Notes under the pieces: model-generated
Told to the model about the DNA's origin: nothing
What the model saw: the letters and a program-made list of their open reading frames with translations, nothing else
The model's database searches: none
DNA from: an uncultured Gemmatimonadales bacterium
GTDB taxonomy: Bacteria > Gemmatimonadota > Gemmatimonadetes > Longimicrobiales > Gaopeijiaceae
Direction of reading: 5' to 3'
DNA: 64,000 bases
Assembly: GCA_963823035.1 (NCBI GenBank)
Contig: CAWGKG010000018.1
Location: 320,001-384,000, forward strand
Position numbers and translations under genes: made by a program
In this document: positions 1 to 10,987 of the stretch, piece after piece
How the letters are laid out: the number at the start of each line of letters is the position of its first letter
Numbering within the stretch: the first letter of the stretch is position 1

Positions 1-689
1 CCGCCCGTGTCGACCATGTCGTCGGCAAGGAGACACGTCCGTCCGTCCACCTCACCCACGACGTTGAGCACCTCGGCCACGTTCGCGGCCGGGCGGCGCT
101 TGTCGATGATGGCCAATGTGGCGCCCAGGCGCTTGGCGAATCCGCGCGCCATCTTCGCCGAGCCCACGTCCGGAGCGACCACCACCAGGTCCTCCAGCTC
201 GAGGTCCCGGAAGTACTTGGTGAGGACCGGGGCGGCGTAGAGGTGATCCACCGGAATGTCGAAGAACCCCTGGATCTGGTGCTGGTGGAAGTCGATCGAC
301 ACGACGCGGTCGGCGCCGGCCGCGACGATCACGTTGGCCGCGAGCTTCGCGCCGATGGCGACCCGGGGCTGGTCCTTGCGGTCCTGACGACCGTATCCGA
401 AGTACGGCACCACCGCCGTCACCCTGGCCGCCGAAGCGCGCTTCGCCGCGTCGATCAGGAGCAGGAGCTCCATGATGTTGTCGGCCGGTGAGGTGGTAGG
501 CTGGATGATGAAGACGTCCCTTCCGCGCGCGTTGCGGTCGATGCGAACGAAGATCTCGCCGTCCGCGAAGTTCCGGATCGTGACGCCATCGGGCGACTTG
601 CCGATCTGCTCACCGATCTCGGCGGCGAGCGGCTTGTTGGCCCGGCCGGCGAGGAGGAGGAGCGGTCCTCGTCTGAAGGTGTCGTCCAT
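1..689 (-). CDS. prs: Ribose-phosphate pyrophosphokinase (5' part; runs off window start)
   Basis: Manual translation from ATG 689 gives MDDTFRRGPLLLAGRANKPLAAEI...FADGEIFVRIDRNARGRDVFIIQPT...VVPYFGYGRQDRKD...HQIQGFFDIPVDHL...VVAPDVG, all typical Prs motifs. Not in the ORF track because it is truncated. Confidence 0.95.
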   Translation of the reverse strand, partial: MDDTFRRGPLLLLAGRANKPLAAEIGEQIGKSPDGVTIRNFADGEIFVRIDRNARGRDVFIIQPTTSPADNIMELLLLIDAAKRASAARVTAVVPYFGYGRQDRKDQPRVAIGAKLAANVIVAAGADRVVSIDFHQHQIQGFFDIPVDHLYAAPVLTKYFRDLELEDLVVVAPDVGSAKMARGFAKRLGATLAIIDKRRPAANVAEVLNVVGEVDGRTCLLADDMVDTG

Positions 690-753
690 GGATCCGGGGG
701 CTGTGCAGCTGAAGGTGTCGCCGGTGTCCGGCGCGAAACCCTGAGAGCCCGAA

Positions 754-782
754 AACCTAGAAAAGGCGCGACAAATCGTCAA
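754..782 (-). promoter_or_regulatory. sigma70-type promoter for prs
   Basis: Minus strand TTGACG-N17-TAGGTT, about 65 bp upstream of the prs ATG. Confidence 0.65.
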
Positions 783-817
783 TGCGAAGGCCGGACCGGC
801 ACGGGCCGCCGGTCCCG

Positions 818-2628
818 CTATCGGTGGATCTCGATCTCCGTCCCGGAGATCAACTCGCCCCGTCCGCTGATCCTCGCGCGCAAGCGCAAAACGTAGGTGC
901 CAGGCTCCACTTCGGGGAAATTCAGGGAAACGTGGCGGAGCTGCGTAGACGGCCGCTCGGGACCCGGTTCCTCCCAGCTGAGCTCCAGCGGGCGGTTCCG
1001 GCCGACCAGGCCCAGGCCCTCGCCCAGCCGGCGGAAGAGACCCCGGTCGGCCGACTCCAGGGAAAGATCGTACCGAACGGTAGCCGGGGACCACCCCAGG
1101 CCGTTCAGCTCCCACACGACCCCGATCGACGCGTCGGGATCCAGCACGCGGTGCACGAGCGCGCGGCCCACCGCTTCCTCCAGCGACGCCGGGGCGGCGG
1201 CTGCCGTCGTCGACGAGGAGGAGGTCGGAGAGCGTCGCCACGTCCGGGGGCACGGTGTCCCGGCGGATGCCGACGCGCGTTCTCCCCTCCAACCGCGCCG
1301 GCGGGCTCCACGACTCGGCGGAGGCGACCCAGGCGCCCGCCGGAGCCTCGACGACGAGACGGGCGTCTCCCGGACCGACCCGCGTACGATCCAGCATGGG
1401 GCCCCCTCCCGGCGACGGGCACGAGGAAGATCCCGGCCCGGTCGGGAAGGTCGGCCTGGTCTCCCGGGTCCATCCAGGGCCGCGGCCCGTCGTCCCCGGC
1501 GTGGAGCGTGGTGTCGGGGGGCACGAAGGTGGTCGCCACGACGACCAGCCGATCGCCGCGCGGGAAGGCGGCGATCTGGCCGTCCATGGGGAGGATGACC
1601 GGAGCGTAGGCGGGCGTGTAGAGCGCCCGCGGTCGCTCCCACCCCGGCTGGAAGGCCTCGCGCGGGGCCTCGGCCGGGTCACGCATCGCCTCCTCGCCCG
1701 GCATGTACTCGCGCCCCGCCGGATGCTGGTGTCCCACGACGCCGCTCTCGTCCAGACGCAAGCCGCGGATCCGCTCCCACCCGACCTCCCAACCGAAACG
1801 CAGGAGGAGCTGATCCATGTCGCTCCCCCACCGGATCTGGTGCGGATTGCGCGCGTCCTTCCGGATCGCGGCGACGGTCCAGCGCGCGTAGTGCTCGGTC
1901 TTGCGGTCGTTTCCCGGGACGAGGTAGGAAGGGTCCGCCAGCGTCCAGAGGCGCGACCGTATCCCCTCTCGCTCCTCCTCCGCCGCGTCGTCCAGCACGT
2001 CGCGCGCGCCGCTGCGCAGCACCCGCCCCGGCGCCCGCCACCGGGCCGCTTCTTCCGGGTCCATGGTGGCGAGCGCGCGGTCGAAGGCCCGCTCCGCGTC
2101 TTCGAAGCGTCCCATGCCGTGCAGGGCCAGCCCCTCCAGGGCCGCGCACCACCAGCCCTCCACCGGCCCGCACGCGCGAGCGTTGTCCAGCGCCTCCCCC
2201 CACCGTCCGGCCTCCCCCCGGTACCAGACGCGCTGGCCGAGCACCCACCCGTCCGCGGGGGTCAGGGCCTGCACGGAGTCCAGGTAGGCGAGCAACTCGT
2301 CCCGGATCGGCGCCACGCCCTCGGGCTCGACGATCGGCTTCTCCTCGCCCTCGTCGAACCAGAGGCAGAAGCGCCCCACGATCTCGTCGCATCGGTCGCC
2401 GCCACGCGCCGCGCCGAGCGCGTACGGGAGCAACCGATGGCGCCGGCGCTCGAAGTTGGCCTGTTCCCGTCGGGCGCGCCCGTGCACGTCGGCCGAGTCC
2501 ACCACCTCGGGCAGGGGTGCCTCGTCCCTCCCCACGACCTGAGCGGCCACGGGGGCGGGCACCGCATCCGCGAGCATCGCCAGGACGGCGAGGGCCCACG
2601 CGGTGGTGGGAGTCGGCGTGAAGGTCAT
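818..2628 (-). CDS. Secreted hypothetical protein with TPR-like helices (two +1 frameshifts, near 1407 and 1205)
   Basis: Signal-peptide-like start MTFTPTPTTAWALAVLAMLA...AAQ and TPR-like ALEGLALHGMGRFEDAERAFDRAL. The reading continues through a third frame (1205-1407) into the C-terminal part of ORF 818..1642 (beta-rich, PGTYVLRLRARI). Confidence 0.7.
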
Positions 2629-2648
2629 GGGCAGTCGAGCGCAGGGGA

Positions 2649-2719
2649 TTGGCCCGGGTGGATTCGAACCACCACCGCCGGTTCCAAAGACCGGTGTCCT
2701 GCCATTAGACGACGGGCCA
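2649..2719 (-). tRNA. tRNA-Gln (anticodon TTG), CCA not encoded
   Basis: TGGCCCG acceptor / GTC-TAATGGCAG-GAC D arm / CCGGT-CTTTGGA-ACCGG anticodon arm / GGTGG-TTCGAAT-CCACC T arm / CGGGCCA-A. U1-A72 pair is typical of tRNA-Gln, and the position between ispE and prs is the usual one. Confidence 0.97.
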
Positions 2720-2750
2720 GTCGAGCGTGAGATCACAGAACGCCGCGACC

Positions 2751-2780
2751 ATCCTACCCGTCGCGGTGGGGGGCGTTCAA
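2751..2780 (-). promoter_or_regulatory. sigma70-type promoter for tRNA-Gln
   Basis: Minus strand TTGAAC-N18-TAGGAT, ending about 30 bp before the tRNA 5' end. Confidence 0.55.
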
Positions 2781-2826
2781 CCCCTGTGGCCGCCGTCCAC
2801 GTCCCGGCACATGCGTTGCGACCGGT

Positions 2827-3733
2827 TCAGGCCGGGCGTACCTCGACGGGCTCCGGGAGTGCGGACAGCGTGCGGGCCACCTCGACGGGCCACCCGAGAC
2901 GGTCGCGCAGCGAGTCGGCGACCCGCAGGGCGTCGGCAGGCTCGGCGAAGATCCCGAAGCACGCGCCCCCGCTCCCGGACAGCAGCCCCGGCGCCGCGCC
3001 CGCCGCCCGCAGCGCGGTGAGTGCCCGGTCGACTTCCGGATAGGCCGCCGGGATCACCGACTCGAAGTCGTTGCAGGCCGCCGCGGCCACCTCCTCCCAC
3101 GATGCGGGTGCGTCGGCGAAGGTGCCCCAGCAAGGCGGATCGCCGCCCACCATGCGCATTCGGGCGAGCGCAGCGTACGCGCCCCCCGTCCCGACGTGGA
3201 CGGGTGGCATGACGATGACGACCGACGCCTCCGGGAGCGCCGGCAGGGGCTCGAGCCGCTCGCCGCGTCCCCTTCCCCACGCCAGCGCCCCGGACCCGAG
3301 GAAGAACGGCACGTCCGAGCCGAGCGCCACGCCCAACCCGGCCAGAGCCTCCGCCCCCAGCGGCGCGCCGAGGAGGGCGTTGCCGAGACGCAGCACGGCG
3401 GCCGCGTCGGACGAGCCTCCCCCCATCCCCGCCCCGGCGGGGATCCGCTTCTCCAGCCGAATGCGCAGTCCCGTGTCCGCGCCGCTCGCCTCGAGGAGGG
3501 CGCGCCCCGCGCGGTGGGCCAGGTTCTCGTGGACCGGCCCGAGGTCGGCGCCCGTCACGTCGAGGGTAACGTCCGCCCCACCCGATCTCCACCACCACGC
3601 GGTCCGAGAGCGCCACGGCCTGGAAGAGCGTCTCGATGTCGTGGTAGCCGTCCTCGCGCCTCCCGAGGACGCGCAGGACGAGGTTCACCTTCGCGGGCGC
3701 GTCCAGCGCGAGGGGGACGGCGGACCCGCTCAC
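2827..3733 (-). CDS. ispE: 4-diphosphocytidyl-2-C-methyl-D-erythritol kinase (frameshift near 3580)
   Basis: [27 protein letters not shown] in one frame; [26 protein letters not shown] and LSGSG in the next. GTG 3733 overlaps the upstream TGA. Confidence 0.93.
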
Positions 3734-4800
3734 GCGCGCCCCTCGGGGGCCCGCAGCGGCGCGACCGGAGCGGCCTCGATCACCCGTTCCACGCGCTCCT
3801 CGGACGCGCCCACCTCCCCCAGGGTGAGACCGAGCCGCCACGCATAGGCGAGGCCGATGAGGGTGATCACGACCCACCCCCCGAAGTGGTACCCGAACGC
3901 GAAGGCGAGGGCGCGCGAGCTGTCCACACCGTAGACCGACTCGAGCGCGAAGCCGGCGGAGGCGTGGAAGGTGCCGAAGAAGCCGGGCGCCGCCGGCACC
4001 GCTACGCCGAAGCCGACGACCGCCTCGGTGAACCACGCGGAGACCAGGCCGGTCTCGATGCCGAAGGCCTTCATCCCCAGCCAGAAGGAGAGCCCGTGGA
4101 ACAGCCAGAAGAAGGCGGTCCACACGAAGCCGAGCGCCAGCAGCGTGGGCGAGCGCAGGATCGCGATGGCGTCGAGCAGGGCCTTCAGCGCGTCCACGAA
4201 CGGGCGCCCCATCGCCTCGGGGAGATGCGCGGCCACGCGCTCAGCGCCGCGCACGAAGGCCCTCGGCCAGAGTGCCATCCCCACGAGGAGGACCATGACG
4301 ATCACCACGGCGACCGCCCCGCCGCGCAACAGCCCGGCCCCGGTCCCCTCGGAGAGAGCGCCCGTGGTCGGGAAGCCCGGGGTCAGCACGGGCACGACCA
4401 GGAGGACGAGCAGCACCACGCCGTCCATGAAGCGCTCGACCACGAGGGAGCCGAAGGCCGCGCTGGCCGAAACCGGCTCGAGGCGGCTGAGCGCGTACGC
4501 ACGGGCGAACTCCCCGACGCGCGCCGGCAGCAGGTTGTTCGCCATGAAGCCGATGTTCACGGCCGCGAAGCGCGAGCGGAGCGTCGTTCCGGGCGCGACC
4601 GGCTGGAGCAGGACCTTCCAGCGCATCGCCCGCAGGAGGTAGCCGGCCGTGGCCACCGCGATGGCCGCCGACAGGAGGACGAGATCGCCCTCCCGGATGT
4701 TCCCCCAGATCTCGCCGAAGTCCTCGCCGCGCAGTACCCACCAGAGGGCGAGGACGGTGACGCTCAGACCGAGCGCGGTCTTGCCCCAGTGTCGCCTCAC
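3730..4800 (-). CDS. Lysylphosphatidylglycerol synthase TM-domain (UPF0104/YbhN-like flippase) membrane protein
   Basis: C-terminal third of ORF 3730..6564: [46 protein letters not shown], multiple TM helices. GTG 4800 overlaps the pdxJ stop. Confidence 0.85.
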   Translation of the reverse strand: MRRHWGKTALGLSVTVLALWWVLRGEDFGEIWGNIREGDLVLLSAAIAVATAGYLLRAMRWKVLLQPVAPGTTLRSRFAAVNIGFMANNLLPARVGEFARAYALSRLEPVSASAAFGSLVVERFMDGVVLLVLLVVPVLTPGFPTTGALSEGTGAGLLRGGAVAVVIVMVLLVGMALWPRAFVRGAERVAAHLPEAMGRPFVDALKALLDAIAILRSPTLLALGFVWTAFFWLFHGLSFWLGMKAFGIETGLVSAWFTEAVVGFGVAVPAAPGFFGTFHASAGFALESVYGVDSSRALAFAFGYHFGGWVVITLIGLAYAWRLGLTLGEVGASEERVERVIEAAPVAPLRAPEGRA

Positions 4801-5535
4801 CGCGGCGCCCGCGCGCGCCGGATGAGTGTGGCCATCTCGCGTACCGCCGCCTCGAACCCGGTGAAGAGGGCACGCGCCACGATGCTGTGGCCGATGTTCA
4901 GCTCCTCGACCTCCGGGATCGCCGCGATCGGCTGTGACGTTCTCGTAGGTGAGGCCGTGGCCGGCGTGCACGTCGAGGTTCAGCTTCCGCGCCAGCGACG
5001 CGGCAGCGTTGACACGGGCAACCTGCCTCCGGCGCTCGTCGCCGCGGGTGTTCGCGTACTCGCCGGTGTGCAGCTCGACCGCGTCCGCGCCCAGGTCCAC
5101 CGATGCCCGGATGGCGGCCTCGTCCGGCCCGATGAAGAGCGACGTCCGGATACCCGCCTCCCGGAGACGCCGCAACGCGGACTCCACCGCGGACCGCTTC
5201 GGCGAGGTCGTGAGGTCCAGCCCCCCCTCCGTGGTGATCTCCTCCCGCTTCTCCGGCACGAGCGTGGCCTGCATCGGGATCCACGAGCACGCCAGGTCGA
5301 CGATCTCCGAGGAGGCCGCAAGCTCCAGGTTCACGCCCGTGCGCACCGTCTCCATGAGGAGCGCGACGTCGCGGTCCTGGATGTGGCGGCGGTCCTCCCG
5401 CAGGTGGACCGTGATGCCGTCCGCTCCCGCCATCTCCACGAGCACCGCTGCACGCACGGGGTCGGGCTCGTCGGTCCGGCGTGCCTGCCGGACCGTCGCC
5501 ACGTGGTCGATGTTCACGCACAAGCGCATGTTCAT
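4797..5535 (-). CDS. pdxJ: Pyridoxine 5'-phosphate synthase (frameshift near 4932)
   Basis: [53 protein letters not shown]; after the shift [21 protein letters not shown]. Confidence 0.95.
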
Positions 5536-6411
5536 GTGCCACTCCCGTTCTCGAAGATCTCCATCAACTCGCGTCGTCGGTCCTCGTCCAGGCGCCCCGC
5601 GGACAGCGCGACCAGGGAACGCCCCAGGAGGGCATAGAGCCGACGATCCGCGGGGTCGACAGCGCGCAGGTGCATCCCCACGGTGTCGACGTCTCCCTGC
5701 GGCACAGGCCCCGTGACGGCGGCCTCCAGCCCACCCTCCTCGATGTTCGCGAGCGTCCCGCGCACGAGTGGGAGGAGGGCGGCGAGCGACTCGTCGTGCG
5801 ACACGCCGGCCCGTTCGAGCATGCGCATGGCCGCGTCCAGGACGGGAGGAAGGAAGTTGGCCGCGGTCACGGCGGCCGCGTGGAAAAGCGGCCTGCGCGC
5901 CTCGGGCACGGTCAACGACCGGCGAGCCCAGCGCGGCGGCCAGCCGCCGCGCCACGGCGAGTGCCTCCGGGGCACCCGTCACCGCCAGGTAGGAGCCCGG
6001 GATGCGCTCGGCTCCGGTCACGGGGTTCGAGATCGCCTGCAGCGGATGGAACGAGCCGATCGCGTAGCCCTGGGCGTGCAGAGGCGCGAGCACTTCCGTG
6101 GACAGCGCGCCGGAGAGGTGGAACGCCGCGCACCCCTCGGGCGCCCCGCCCTGACCGGCCAACGCGTGCGCCATCTCGGGGACGACGTGATCGGGCACCG
6201 CGAGGAAGACGGCCGCCGTGTCGGGACGCGGTCGCTCCAGCCCGAAGCAGTAGGAGGCGAGACCCTGGATGAAGAGGGGATACGCCGGCGGCTCGGGCCT
6301 CCGCCCGCACACCGTCAAAGCCTCGACAGCGTTGGACTCCAGGAGGGCGTGCCCGAGCGCGACCCCCATGCGGCCCGGCCCCACGATCAGCACGTGTCCG
6401 ACCGCGCTCAC
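5532..6411 (-). CDS. Rossmann-like and DUF2520 domain oxidoreductase (frameshift near 5916)
   Basis: [29 protein letters not shown]; after the shift [11 protein letters not shown] and [17 protein letters not shown]. Confidence 0.85.
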
Positions 6412-7688
6412 GCCACTTCCTGCACGTTCGTGCCGGGCCGTTCCTGCAGGCCGCGCAGCACCGCGCGCGAAACGCGCACCGTGACCGAGACGGTTCCATC
6501 CTCGTCGGCCCGGCTCAGCACCTCTCCCTCCCGATAGAGGCGCGCCAACGTTTCGCCGTCCCACGACGGGATGCGCACCACCACGTGTGCCAGGCGCGCT
6601 CGAATCCTCGCCTTGAGGGTCTCGCGCAGCGCCTCCAGCGACTCCGGCTGGAGCGCGGAGACGAACACGGCAGGTGCGGACTCGAGCGCGCGCACGCGGT
6701 CGCGCAACGCATGCTCCTCGGCATGCGTGAGGCGGTCCACCTTGTTGAAGACCATGAGCCGTTCCGCTTCGGCCAGCCCGAGATCGTGCAGCACCTCACG
6801 TACCACCTGGCGCTGCTCCTCCCAGTCCGGATGCGAGGCGTCAATGACGTGCATCAGGATGTCGGCCTCGCGGGCCTCCTCCAACGTGGAGCGGAACGAC
6901 GCCACCAGGTGGTGGGGCAACTTGCGGATGAAGCCGACCGTGTCGGTGACGAGCGCGGCGTGTCCGGAGCCCAGGTCGACCGTACGCGTGGCCGAGTCCA
7001 GCGTGGCGAACAGGCGGTCCTCCACGAAGAGGTCCGCCCCGGAGAGGGCCCGCAGCAGCGACGACTTCCCCGCGTTCGTGTAGCCGACCAGCGCGGCGCG
7101 GAACTGCCCCTTCCTGGACTTCCGTTGCTGCTCGCGCGACTTCGCGACCTCGCCGAGCTTCTCTCTCAGGTCCGAGATGCGCGTCCCGATGAGGCGGCGG
7201 TCCGTCTCCAGCTGCGTCTCACCCGGTCCGCGCAGGCCGATGCCGCCGCGGATGCGGGAGAGGTGGCTCCACATGCGGCGCAGGCGCGGCAGGAGGTACT
7301 CGAGCTGGGCGAGCTCCACCTGCATGCGCGCTTCCCGCGAACGCGCGCGGGTGGCGAAGATGTCGAGGATGAGCTCGGAGCGGTCCATGACCCGCACGCC
7401 GATGAGGTCCTCGAGGTTCTTCCCCTGCGCGGGGCTCAGCTCCTCGTCGAACACGACCAGATCCGCGGAGCAGGCGTCCACCAGGCCCTTCAGCTCCTCG
7501 GCCTTTCCCTCCCCGATGTAGAAACGCGGGTGGGGGTGCGGCAGGCGCTGTCTCAGCCGTCCCACCACGGTCCCTCCCGCGGTGTCGGTGAGCCGTCCCA
7601 ACTCCTCCAGATGTTCGTCCGCGAGCCGAGGGTCGAGATCGCGCTCCGGCGCCCCCACGAGGATCACCTTGTCCACCGGGGTTCGCAT
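6408..7688 (-). CDS. hflX: Ribosome-splitting GTPase HflX (start may be ATT at 7709, see findings)
   Basis: [71 protein letters not shown]. Confidence 0.96.
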   Translation of the reverse strand: MRTPVDKVILVGAPERDLDPRLADEHLEELGRLTDTAGGTVVGRLRQRLPHPHPRFYIGEGKAEELKGLVDACSADLVVFDEELSPAQGKNLEDLIGVRVMDRSELILDIFATRARSREARMQVELAQLEYLLPRLRRMWSHLSRIRGGIGLRGPGETQLETDRRLIGTRISDLREKLGEVAKSREQQRKSRKGQFRAALVGYTNAGKSSLLRALSGADLFVEDRLFATLDSATRTVDLGSGHAALVTDTVGFIRKLPHHLVASFRSTLEEAREADILMHVIDASHPDWEEQRQVVREVLHDLGLAEAERLMVFNKVDRLTHAEEHALRDRVRALESAPAVFVSALQPESLEALRETLKARIRARLAHVVVRIPSWDGETLARLYREGEVLSRADEDGTVSVTVRVSRAVLRGLQERPGTNVQEVA

Positions 7689-7767
7689 GTCGATGAGCTG
7701 GGTCGGAATCCTGCACCTCCTGGGAGAAGAAGGCCGCCGGAACTCGGCGACCTGATCGGGAGCCCGG

Positions 7768-8277
7768 CTACGGCCGGAACACGCCCCGCCGGTCGAACGG
7801 GACACGAACCCGACGCGGTGCGGTGACCTGGAGCTCCCCCGTGAAACGATACTCAAGCTCCCCGCGGCGTAGAAGACGTCCCAGAGCGGTTCCGAGAGGC
7901 GCCATGTCGAACGGCACGTCCAGCTCGACGGACGCGGTGTCTCCCGCGGGAATCGACACCCTGCGGTCGTCCCTTCCGTCGGCGAGCGTCACCCATCGGC
8001 CCTCTCCTCCGGCGCCGTCGGAGAACTGGAGTCGATACCGGAAGCCCTCGCTCTCGAGCGCGTAGTCGTTGGGGTTGTCGACGGACAGCGTCACCCCGAC
8101 CGTCCCCCCGCCGAGCCCGATGGACCCGAGGCGCAATTCAGCCACGCCCAGCGTCGGCTGCTGGAAGGCCAGACACCCCGAGGCCACCACGGCGAGCAGC
8201 AGCGCGGGCACGAGACGCGCCGCCCTGTCGGCCCCGTGTCCGGGGCCCGCCCGCCCGTTCCCCGCCCGACGGCGCAT
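7768..8277 (-). CDS. LEA type 2 (WHy domain) lipoprotein
   Basis: Lipobox-like LLLAVVASGC, then VTLSVDNPNDYAL (NPN motif) and a beta-rich body. Confidence 0.75.
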   Translation of the reverse strand: MRRRAGNGRAGPGHGADRAARLVPALLLAVVASGCLAFQQPTLGVAELRLGSIGLGGGTVGVTLSVDNPNDYALESEGFRYRLQFSDGAGGEGRWVTLADGRDDRRVSIPAGDTASVELDVPFDMAPLGTALGRLLRRGELEYRFTGELQVTAPRRVRVPFDRRGVFRP

Positions 8278-8281
8278 GCCG

Positions 8282-9715
8282 TCAGGTACCCACCGACTCG
8301 TCTTCGTCACCGACCTCTCCGCCCTCCTCGGGATCTGGACCCTTCGCATCGCGCTCCGCCGCCTCCCGGCGCTTGGCCTCCCACCACTCAAGGCGGGCGG
8401 CCACGGTCTTCTCGTGTCCGAACCGGCTCGGGTCGTAGAACCGCTCGCCCGCGAGCCGATCGGGGAGGTACCGCTGGGCCGAGATGCCGTCCCGCTCCGC
8501 GGGATCGTACCGGTACCCCTTTCCATACCCCAGATCCTTCATCAAGGATGTCGGAGCGTTGCGGATGTGCAGGGGGACGGGCTCTCCCGGGGTCTCCCTG
8601 GCACGCGCGAGCGCGGCCCCCCACGCCGCGTAGGCCCGGTTGGATTTGGGCGCCGTCGCCAGGTAGAGGACCGCCTCCGCGAGCGCCAGCTCGCCCTCGG
8701 GCGATCCGAGGAAGTGGAAGGCGTCGCGAGCCGCGATCGTCACCGGCAGCGCGTCCGGATCGGCCAGGCCGACGTCCTCCGCGGCCATCCGCACCATGCG
8801 GCGCGCGATGTAGAGCGGGTCCTCCCCGCCGTCGATCATCCGCGCCAGCCAGTAGAGCGCCCCGTCCGGGTCGCTGCCGCGCACCGCCTTGTGCAGCGCG
8901 GAGATCAGGTTGTAGTGCTCCTCACCCCCCTTGTCGTAGGTGGCGAAGCGGTGCTGGAGCGCCTCGCGCGCCTCGGTCACGCCGATGCGTCCACCCGTAC
9001 CGACGAGCCGGGCCGCGGCCTCGAGGACGTTCAGCGCGCGGCGCGCATCGCCGTCGGCCGCCTCCGCCACGAACGTCAGGGCCTCCTCGTCCGCTTCGAC
9101 CCCCGTCCCGGCCAGGCCGCGCTCGCCGGACGCGAGCGCCTCCTGCAGGATCGACTGGATCTCCGAGGCCTGGAGCGGACTCAGCACGTACACCGGCGCG
9201 CGGGACAGGAGGGGGCGAACCACCTCGAAGGAGGGGTTCTCCGTGGTGGCCCCGATGAGGATGATCGTCCCCGCCTCCACGTGCGGGAGGAAGGCGTCCT
9301 GCTGCGCCTTGTTGAAGCGATGGATCTCGTCGCAGAAGAGGATCGTGCGCCGACCGGTGGCGCGCAGACGCTCGGCCGCCTCCTTCACGATCTCGCGCAC
9401 CCGGCCGATGCCGTCGGTCACCGCGCTGAACGCGACGAAGGTCACGTCCGTCTCGTGCGCGACGATGCGCGCCAGCGTCGTCTTCCCGCTCCCGGGCGGG
9501 CCCCACAGGATCATGCTCGCCGGCTGATCGTTGTCGAGCATCGCGCGGATCGCCTTCCCCGCCCCGAGGAGGTGCTCCTGTCCGCGGAACTCCTCCAGCG
9601 TGCGGGGACGCATGCGCGCCGCCAGCGGTGCGCCAGGCCCCACCTCCCTGTCCGATGCGTGCGACCCTCCCCGCTCGGGGCCGTCCTCGCGGCCGAAGAG
9701 ATCCAGGTCAGCCAT
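8282..9715 (-). CDS. rarA: Replication-associated recombination protein A (MgsA/RarA AAA+ ATPase)
   Basis: PLAARMRPRTLEEF, GPPGSGKTT, DEIHRFNKAQQD, GATTENPSF, SALHKAVRGSDPD, APKSN. Confidence 0.95.
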   Translation of the reverse strand: MADLDLFGREDGPERGGSHASDREVGPGAPLAARMRPRTLEEFRGQEHLLGAGKAIRAMLDNDQPASMILWGPPGSGKTTLARIVAHETDVTFVAFSAVTDGIGRVREIVKEAAERLRATGRRTILFCDEIHRFNKAQQDAFLPHVEAGTIILIGATTENPSFEVVRPLLSRAPVYVLSPLQASEIQSILQEALASGERGLAGTGVEADEEALTFVAEAADGDARRALNVLEAAARLVGTGGRIGVTEAREALQHRFATYDKGGEEHYNLISALHKAVRGSDPDGALYWLARMIDGGEDPLYIARRMVRMAAEDVGLADPDALPVTIAARDAFHFLGSPEGELALAEAVLYLATAPKSNRAYAAWGAALARARETPGEPVPLHIRNAPTSLMKDLGYGKGYRYDPAERDGISAQRYLPDRLAGERFYDPSRFGHEKTVAARLEWWEAKRREAAERDAKGPDPEEGGEVGDEDESVGT

Positions 9716-10987
9716 CGGCCTCCTCGCGCGCGTCCGGCGCGATCTCGAGCGCCCGCGCTTCCAGCAGGTCGCGGCGGTTGCGCGCCGGATCCTCCAGGAC
9801 CCACGCCAACAGCCGCTCGAGGATGCGGCCGAAGGAGGGACCGGGACGCAGGCCCAGCGCGATCAGGTCGCGGCCGTCGAGCCTTAGTGCCGCGACGTCC
9901 AGGGGGGGCTCTCGCCCAGCACGGCGCGCGCGCGCCGCCAGGCTGCCACGACCTCTTCGGGCGTCCTCCCCACGGCGCCCGTCCGGGCCCTGGCGAGCTC
10001 GAGGCGGGCCGCGGCCGCGAGGCGCTCCGGCCCGACCCCCGCGAGCCACCGGCGCACCTCCGCGTCGGGGGCGTCCGCCGCGGGAAGGGGCGGCGCCGCG
10101 GCCCGGCGGGCCGTCTCGTCGACCTGGGCGTTGGAGAGGCGCAGGCGCATGAGGATCTGCGCGACCCGCTTGGCGTCCAGGGGCGCCAGGAGGGCGGCGA
10201 GACGCAGCAGCGGGCGGTCGCGCGGGAGCACGTCGATCGTGCGCAGCGTATTCGCCCAGAGGTCCGGATCGGCGTCCACGAGCATCTGCAGCTCGGGGTA
10301 CAGCAGCCGCAGCGCGCCCGAGCGGACGTACAGGTCGAGCGCCCTCGAGGGTCGCGCGTCCACGCCCAGCACCTTGACGAGCTCCTCGCGGATACGCTCC
10401 GCGGAGAGCGCAGACAGGTGGGCGCCGGCGGCGCACAGCGCCTCCCACGTCCTCGGCTCGACGTCGAGCCCGAAGCGGCCGGCGAAGCGCAGGGCGCGCA
10501 GCACGCGCAGGTGGTCCTCGGAGAAGCGCTCCGCCGGCTCACCCACCGAGCGGAGGACGTGTCGCTCGAGGTCGCGGACGCCGTCGAAGGGGTCGAGCAG
10601 CTCCTTCCGAAGCGGATGCCACGCGATCGCGTTCAGCGTGAAGTCGCGCCGGGCGAGGTCCTCCTGGACGCTGTCCGCGAAGACGACGACGGCGTGACGG
10701 CCGTCGGTCTCCACGTCGCGTCGGAAGGTGGTGACCTCGAAAAGGGTGCCGTCGTCCGAGAGGACCCCCATCGTGCCGTGCTCGACGCCGAGCGGCACCG
10801 TGCGGCGGAAGAGCCGGCGGACATCGTCGGGCCGGGCGCGGGTCGTCAGGTCCCAGTCGCCGGCCGGGTGGCCCAGGAACACGTCGCGCACCGCGCCACC
10901 GACGGCCCACGTCTCGAAGCCCGCCTCCTCCAGCGTGCGGGTGATCCAACGCACCGCGGGGGGCGCGGAAGGAGCGGGGAGGCTCAC
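9708..10987 (-). CDS. cca: CCA tRNA nucleotidyltransferase, class II (homopolymer frameshift at 9902-9908)
   Basis: VGGAVRD, DWDLTT, RRDFTLNAIA, EDHLRVLRALRF, SAERIREEL; C-terminal LDGRDLIALGLRPGPSFGRIL after the shift. Lacks the poly(A) polymerase GRRF signature. Confidence 0.85.

Noticed and set aside
780..2719. Integrative element at tRNA-Gln
   Set aside because: No integrase, no duplicated tRNA 3' end found near prs, and no compositional shift.
3730..6564. 944-aa ORF that looks like a DUF2520-PdxJ-flippase fusion
   Set aside because: It results from +1 indels near 5916 and 4932 that bypass the real stops. Each gene has its own start/stop overlap, and the true C-termini lie in other frames.
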